DNA of 64,000 nucleotides from Chthoniobacteraceae bacterium. Lineage in GTDB: Bacteria; Verrucomicrobiota; Verrucomicrobiia; Chthoniobacterales; Chthoniobacteraceae. The notes beneath the pieces were generated by a model that saw only the letters and a program-made list of their open reading frames with translations, was not told where the DNA came from and did no database searches. The translations under genes were made by a program, and so were the position numbers. Each line of letters begins with the position of its first letter. Position 1 is the first letter of the stretch. Below, in pieces: positions 58,401 to 64,000 of the stretch. The stretch spans positions 1 through 64,000 of the forward strand of contig JANNXQ010000195.1 of NCBI GenBank assembly GCA_031409655.1. The letters are read 5' to 3'.

Positions 58401-61400
58401 TTCGCCGAGCCGTCGGCAGTCTCGAATTGCACCGTGCTGCGCCCTTCGGTGCCGAGCGTGCGTCGCACTTTCAGCGTGATCGCGCCCGCGCCTTCGCGCA
58501 CCGCCGCCGGCTCCGTCTCCCACGCGAGATGGCCGGGCCGCGCGTCGTCTTCGATCGTCACGATGACTGACGGGCGCAATCCCGCGGCCGGTTCCGCGCC
58601 GAGCACGACATAGAAGCTGCGCGCGCCTTCGATGGTCGCATTGTCGGCGATGGGGATCTCGATTTCGTGCAGCACCTCGCCCGGCCCGAAAGTGAGCGTG
58701 CCCGAGCGCGCGGTGTAATCGACGCCCTCACGCGCCTCGCGGTCGAGCGTGTAGTAATCCACCGTGAGCGTCCCCGCAGTGCCGCCGCGGCGGACCACCT
58801 CCAGGCGCGCGCTGCCGCCCGCTTCACTCACGTGATGGCCGGCCCACACGAAACTCGCTGTGCCCGCTCCCGGCAGATCGAGCGGCCCGCCGCCCACCCC
58901 CAGGACCGCCGTCTACTCGCTCGTGGCCACGACCCTCGCCCCGCTGCGCAGCAGCGTGAGCACGCCGCTGGGCGAGTAGCCGCGGACCTCATAGGCGGGG
59001 TCCACCGTGCCATCCGCCCGCAAACGCAGCAGGCCCGCCGCGCCCGTGACGATCGCCCCATCGCGCTCGAGGAAAAGGCTCGCAAGCGGCAGCGCATTCA
59101 CCACCGGCAGCGCCGCGGCGTCGAAGCTCCGATCGAGCTGGCCGTCGGGTGCGAAACGCACGAGCGCGCGTGTGCCGCCGGCGCGCAGCGTGAATTCGCC
59201 AGCCGCGAGCAGGCGGCCATCGGGCTCCAGCGCGAGGGCGTGGGCGGTGCAGACGTTTTCATTCAGCCGCGCGTCGGTGACAAAGCTCGCATCGAACTCC
59301 CCGCCTGGATGCAGCCGCGCCACGCCAGGCAGCACGCGATCGCCCAGCCGCAGACTCCCGCCCCCGACCACCACGCGCCCATCGGGTTGCACCGCCAGGG
59401 CTTCGATGAAGCCCGTGATCGCGCAGGTGAAAGTGGGATCGAGCGACCCATCGGCCCGCAGGCGCGCGAGCGTCGTCTGCGTGTTGCTTCCGGGCGCGAA
59501 CAAGCTGCTCACCACGAGCACTCGCCCGTCGAGTTGCAGGGCCATCTTCTGCACGCTATCGCCGATCGAGGCTGGCGCAAAGCTCGGGTCGCGCGCTCCA
59601 TCGGGGAGCAGCCGCGTGAGTTCCTGCTGGTAGGAGCGCAAGCCCGACGCCACCACCAGCAGCCGGCCATCGGGCTGCGCGACGATCTGCGCCACGCGCG
59701 CCGTGAGCGGAAACTGCACCAGGCCCGGGACGAACGGGAGCCCCCCCGGGGAACCCGGAAGCGGAAACTGCGCATCGAAGGTCTCGTCCGGCGTTCCATC
59801 CGCCAGCAGCCGCACCAGCGAGTGCCGCACGAGGCCGCCGTAGCGGGTGAACCTTCCGCCCACGATCACGCGGCCATCGGGCAACTCCACCGCTGCGGCG
59901 ATCGAGCCGTAGATGTCATCGAGCGAGCCGGTCGGGGCAAAGCCCGGATCGCGCGAACCGGCGCTGTCATTGTCGCGGATCGTCACCACCGCCATGGTCG
60001 CCGCGCCGAGCGTCGCGCCACCGGTGGGCGAAGAGAGCGTCACGGTGAAAGTCTCGGAGCCTTCGCGCAGCCCATCGTCGAAGATCGGCACGCGCACCGT
60101 CTTCACATTCTCGCCATCGGCCAGCGTGAGCGTGCCCCGCGCGGCCGCGTAGTCCACGCCTTCGGTGGCGGTGCCGGAGGTCGGGGTGAAATCGACAGCG
60201 ACGCTCCCCACTGTGTGGCCATTGCGCGTGGCGGTGAGTTCGATTTCTCCCGCTCCTTCCGTCGTCTCGATCGCCGAGACCCGCCACTCGATGACCCCCG
60301 GCCGGTCGTCATCCACGATCGTCGCGGTAGCCGTGGACTCGAAGCCGAGGGTCGCGCCGCCGGTCGGCGAGTGCAGCGTCACGAGCACCGTTTCGTCCGG
60401 CTCGGTGAGCGTATCGTCGAAGATCGGAATGGTGATCGTGTGCACGGTCTCTCCCGGCGCAAAGACCAGCGTGTCGCCGAGTGCGCCGAAGTCACCCGCG
60501 CCCGCCGTGCCGCCGGTCACTGCATATGCCACCGAAACCGTGCCCGCATTTCCTCCCTCGCGCACCACCGCGACCGTGAGCGACCCGGCCGCTTCCGGCG
60601 CCGCATAGACGGGCCACGCCATGCGGAGAGTCCCTGCGCCCGGCAGTGGCGCAGCGCCCCCGAGCACGCGTGCGAGCACGTTTCCCGTAATGGAATCGGC
60701 GGCCACCACGACCCGCCCTGCCACATCCAGCGCGAGCGTCTTGAGCTCTGGCGTGGCCGCGACATCGCCTACAAAAGTGCCGTCGTGCGTGCCATCGCGC
60801 AGCAGCCGGACCATTCCCAGATGCGACCCCGCCGCGATGATCGCGCCGTCCGGCTGGAGCGCCAGCTTGCGATAGATGCCCGCCGTGAGAAACGAGCTCA
60901 GGGCAAAGGTGGGATCAAACGCTCCGCCCGGCAGAAGACGATACACACCCTGCGATGCGGCGATCAGCATGCGCCCGTCAGGCAGGGCCGTGAAGCTCCG
61001 TACATAGTCCACCCTGTCCAGGCAGAAGGTGGGATCGTGCGTGCCATCGCGGCGCAGGCGCACCATGCCCGAGGCCGCGACGCCCGGTGGCTGGAGGTTA
61101 AATCCCGCGACGAGGATGCGGCCATCGGGCAGCACCTCGAGCCCCGTGAACCCCGGCGCCGAGAGCTGCGCGTCGAACGAGCGATCCACGCGCCCATCCG
61201 CAAAGAGGCGATCCACCGTGCGATCCACCTCCTCGCCGCGCCGGAGGAAACGCCCCGCGATGACGATGCGCCCATCCGCCTGCACGGCCACCTTCGTCAC
61301 ATCGCTATAGAGGGGGCCCAGCTCGATTTCCGCGTCGAAGGCCGCATCCACCGCGCCATTGGCCAGCAGCCGCACCAGCATGGGACGGGCAACTTCGGAG

Positions 61401-61729
61401 AAGCGGGTGAACGCACCCGCGACCAGCACTTTTCCATCGCGCAGCGGGAACGCCTCCACTCCGAGGTGCACATCCGGCCCTGTGCCCGCATCGAAGCTCG
61501 CATCGCGCGCCCCGTCCGGCATTAGCCGCGCGACTCGTCCGCACGGCGCTCCATCGTACGCCGTGAACGAACCCGCGATCAGTGATTTCCCATCCGGCAG
61601 CGCGGCGATCGTCCTCACCGAGTCGTTCGGCCCTCCGCCGACTTGAAACGTCGCATCCCGCGCTCCCGGCGCCGCATTCCCGACCGCCCCGCACAGGATC
61701 CCCAGACAGACCGCGGCCCCCCGGATCAT
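55454..61729 (-). pseudogene. Large secreted Calx-beta / delta-60-repeat adhesin-like protein split by one in-frame TAG (58913-58915)
   Basis: ORFs 58913-61768 and 55454-58897 share a frame (ATSE*TAVLGVGG). Alternating delta-60 propeller blocks (QPDGRIV, RLxxDGxLDPTF) and Calx-beta pairs (ATxGxDY...GTLTF...DD). Confidence 0.85.
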
Positions 61730-61859
61730 CCGCGCAGCATTTCGAGCGATTTGGGGGGCCGGCGACACCGCCGGAGGATGTCCGCTGCCTCCGCGTGAGT
61801 CAATTCAATGCGTGGCACTCAATCCCCCTCGCGATGGGAGCGCGGCGAAAGGCGTGAGA

Positions 61860-61910
61860 CTTAACCGACTCTTAACAATTTTCCCCGCCCGGCGAAGCCG
61901 ACTCTTAACA
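61860..61910 (+). promoter_or_regulatory. Phased CTTAAC direct repeats (candidate OmpR-family binding site)
   Basis: CTTAAC at 61860, 61871 and 61904 (11 and 33 nt spacing); 13-mer CCGACTCTTAACA at 61865 and 61898. Confidence 0.55.
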
Positions 61911-61996
61911 GTGGTGGCGTCTATTGTTTGCAAGCAACCGCGGCAACTCGCGGCCCGCTGTGCGAAAAACCCGATAACTCCAAAAACAATCCGACA

Positions 61997-62596
61997 ATGA
62001 AAACGACTGCAAAACTCCTCCTCCCGATCCTAGCGTTCAGCGCCTCGATCATCTGCGCCAGTGCGCAAGAAAAGAAAGACGAACAGAATTCTGATCGCCG
62101 CCGTGGCGGTGACCGCGGCAGCTTCAATCCCGACGAATTCCGCAAGCAAATGTCCGAGCGGCTCAAGACCTCGCTCAAAGTCACCGACGATGAATGGGCC
62201 GTCATTTCTCCTCTCATCGAGAAAGTGCAGACCAAAATGCGGGAGTCGATGGGCAGCCGCGGCTTCGGTGGTGGAGGCCCGGGAGGGCAGGGTGGCCCCG
62301 GTGGTGGCGGCGATCGTCGTCGCGGTGAAGGTGGCGGTAGCCCGACTGCGGGAGCGCCCGGCGGTGGTGGCGACAGTCAGCGTCCTGATCGGGCCGCTTC
62401 GCCGGAACGCGATGCTCTCCGCACCGCGCTCGAAGATGAGAAGACCTCGCCGGAGGATATTCAAGCCAAGCTCACGGCGCTGCGCGAAGTGCGGAAGAAG
62501 TCCGAAGCCGATCTCAATGCCGCTCGCGAAGAGCTCCGCAAGGTGCTCTCCGTCCGTCAGGAAGCCGCGCTCGTCGGCATGGGGATGCTCGAATAG
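61997..62596 (+). CDS. Periplasmic helical, Gly-rich protein (Spy/CpxP-like architecture)
   Basis: Signal peptide MKTTAKLLLPILAFSASIICASA; LKVTDDEW and VLSVRQEA resemble LTxxQ motifs; Gly-rich linker. Confidence 0.7.
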   Translation: MKTTAKLLLPILAFSASIICASAQEKKDEQNSDRRRGGDRGSFNPDEFRKQMSERLKTSLKVTDDEWAVISPLIEKVQTKMRESMGSRGFGGGGPGGQGGPGGGGDRRRGEGGGSPTAGAPGGGGDSQRPDRAASPERDALRTALEDEKTSPEDIQAKLTALREVRKKSEADLNAAREELRKVLSVRQEAALVGMGMLE

Positions 62597-62602
62597 CTCT
62601 TC

Positions 62603-64000
62603 ATGATCGGGACCCCTCCAGTCTCTGTGAGTGCATCCAGCCAGGCTCTTCTGGCGTCCATGGTGGAGCGGCAACAGCTCTCCGCCATGGACGCCGAAGC
62701 GCTGGAGCGCGAGTGCGCGCTCGGCTTCCGGGCAGATACGGAAGAGGCCGTGCTGCGCTGGCTGGCCCAGGAGTACGGTCTCGGCTTCACCGCGCTGGAG
62801 GGCATCGAGCCAGATCGCGCGCTGCTCGCCAAATTCTCCGCGCGCATCCTGCTCAAGGAAGAGCTGCTCCCGCTCTCCGAGAAAGATGGCGTGGTCGAGG
62901 TGGCCGCGAGCCGGCTCTTCGCGACGCCAGGACTCGATAGTCTGCGCGCGGTTTCCGATCTGAAGTTTCAGCCGATCCTCGCGCCGAGCGAAGCGCTCCA
63001 GCGGGAGATCAAAAAGCACCTCGGCGTCGGCGCCGATACGCTCAATCTGCTCGAACAGGAGGAAGGCTTCCAAGTCGTCTCCGAAGATCGCGAAGATTCT
63101 GGCGATCTCGACAAAGCCGCGGAAGACGCGTCGATCATCCGTTTCGTCAACCAAGTGCTCGGCGACGCCATCTCGCTGCGGGCTTCGGATATTCACGTCG
63201 AGCCTTTCGAGCACGAGCTGCGCATCCGTTATCGCATCGACGGGCTTTTGCAGGAAGTGCCCGTGCCCACGCAGATCAAGCGCTTCCAGCCGGCGATCGT
63301 TTCGCGCATCAAAATCTTGAGCAATCTCGATATCGCGGAGAAGCGCGTGCCGCAGGACGGTCGCATCAAGATCCGCGTGAAAGCGACGGAGGTGGACATC
63401 CGCGTTTCGGTGATCCCGATGCTCCATGGCGAAGCGGTGGTGCTGCGTTTGCTCCGCCAGGAGGCTGGGGTGCTCGGCCTCGATAGTCTCGGGATGGCCG
63501 AGCGGGAGCGCGGGCTTTTCTCCCAAGTCCTCGAAATGCCGCACGGCATCGCGCTCGTCACTGGTCCCACCGGCAGCGGCAAGACGACCACGCTCTACAG
63601 CGCGCTCCATCAGATCAATGATGCGGTACGCAAGATCATCACCATCGAAGACCCGGTGGAATATCAGCTCAAGGGGATCAACCAGATCCAGGTCGCGGAA
63701 AAGGCCGGGCTGACTTTTGCCCGCGGACTCCGCGCGATTTTGCGCCACGACCCGGATGTCGTGCTCATCGGAGAAATTCGCGACCGCGAGACCGCGCAGA
63801 TCGCCGTGCAGGCATCGCTCACGGGGCACATGGTCTTTTCCACGCTCCACACCAATGACGCGCCCGGCGCGCTGACGCGGCTCGTGGACATGGGCGTGGA
63901 GCCGTATCTGGTCGCCTCCTCGCTCGAGGCCGTGATCGCGCAACGTCTCGTCCGTGTGCTCTGCCCGGATTGCAAAGAGCTGGATACCACCGCGCGGACC
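62603..64000 (+). CDS. GspE/PulE/PilB-family secretion ATPase (3'-truncated by the window edge)
   Basis: Hand translation: ASDIHVEP, RYRIDG, LDIAEKRVPQDGR, VTGPTGSGKTTTLY, TIEDPVEY, LRHDPDV, GEIRD, TGH, STLHTNDA. Confidence 0.93.
   Translation, partial: MIGTPPVSVSASSQALLASMVERQQLSAMDAEALERECALGFRADTEEAVLRWLAQEYGLGFTALEGIEPDRALLAKFSARILLKEELLPLSEKDGVVEVAASRLFATPGLDSLRAVSDLKFQPILAPSEALQREIKKHLGVGADTLNLLEQEEGFQVVSEDREDSGDLDKAAEDASIIRFVNQVLGDAISLRASDIHVEPFEHELRIRYRIDGLLQEVPVPTQIKRFQPAIVSRIKILSNLDIAEKRVPQDGRIKIRVKATEVDIRVSVIPMLHGEAVVLRLLRQEAGVLGLDSLGMAERERGLFSQVLEMPHGIALVTGPTGSGKTTTLYSALHQINDAVRKIITIEDPVEYQLKGINQIQVAEKAGLTFARGLRAILRHDPDVVLIGEIRDRETAQIAVQASLTGHMVFSTLHTNDAPGALTRLVDMGVEPYLVASSLEAVIAQRLVRVLCPDCKELDTTART

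Noticed and set aside
58913..58915. Pyrrolysine or alternative genetic code
   Set aside because: No pyl genes in the window, and TAG terminates several ordinary genes at their expected C-termini.
58667..63943. Long ORFs 58667-61525 (+) and 62030-63943 (-)
   Set aside because: Antisense shadows of the Calx-beta protein and of GspE, which is missing from the ORF track only because it runs off the window edge.

Overview
High-GC bacterial chromosome segment, probably Verrucomicrobiota (inferred from the WAxxDP helical-repeat protein, PTPDL-like, DUF4159, Calx-beta/delta-60 and FN3/collagen gene types). About 55 CDS and two tandem, non-identical tRNA-Cys(GCA) genes. Most of the window is housekeeping or envelope material: hisB/hisH, adk, fmt, yacG, glgX, fcl, hemL, a DnaJ-class chaperone, thymidine phosphorylase, ArnC/ArnT-like genes, an MBOAT, two two-component systems, an RsbU/RsbW pair and a GspE ATPase at the right edge. 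Highlights: (1) a PabI/HALFPIPE-family restriction DNA glycosylase whose only usable start places an export-type signal peptide on it, coupled to a cytoplasmic beta-class adenine methyltransferase (26224-27860); (2) the tail of a defence island, with hsdS followed 3 nt later by a stand-alone SIR2 protein, then a degenerate Fic-like ORF carrying a 76-aa ORF with strong host-like codon bias nested in its +1 frame; (3) a 130-aa minimal SRAP/HMCES-like protein in a deoxynucleoside-catabolism operon; (4) a tandem pair of distantly paralogous unknown proteins; (5) a deacetylase-ALDH-polyamine ABC operon lacking its ATPase; (6) about ten intergenic elements, mostly inverted repeats, built from 7-nt periodic units of differing sequence; (7) two interrupted genes (a frameshifted PQQ-type propeller, and a roughly 2100-aa adhesin-like protein split by one in-frame TAG). 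All family calls come from motif recognition by eye; no database search was run.
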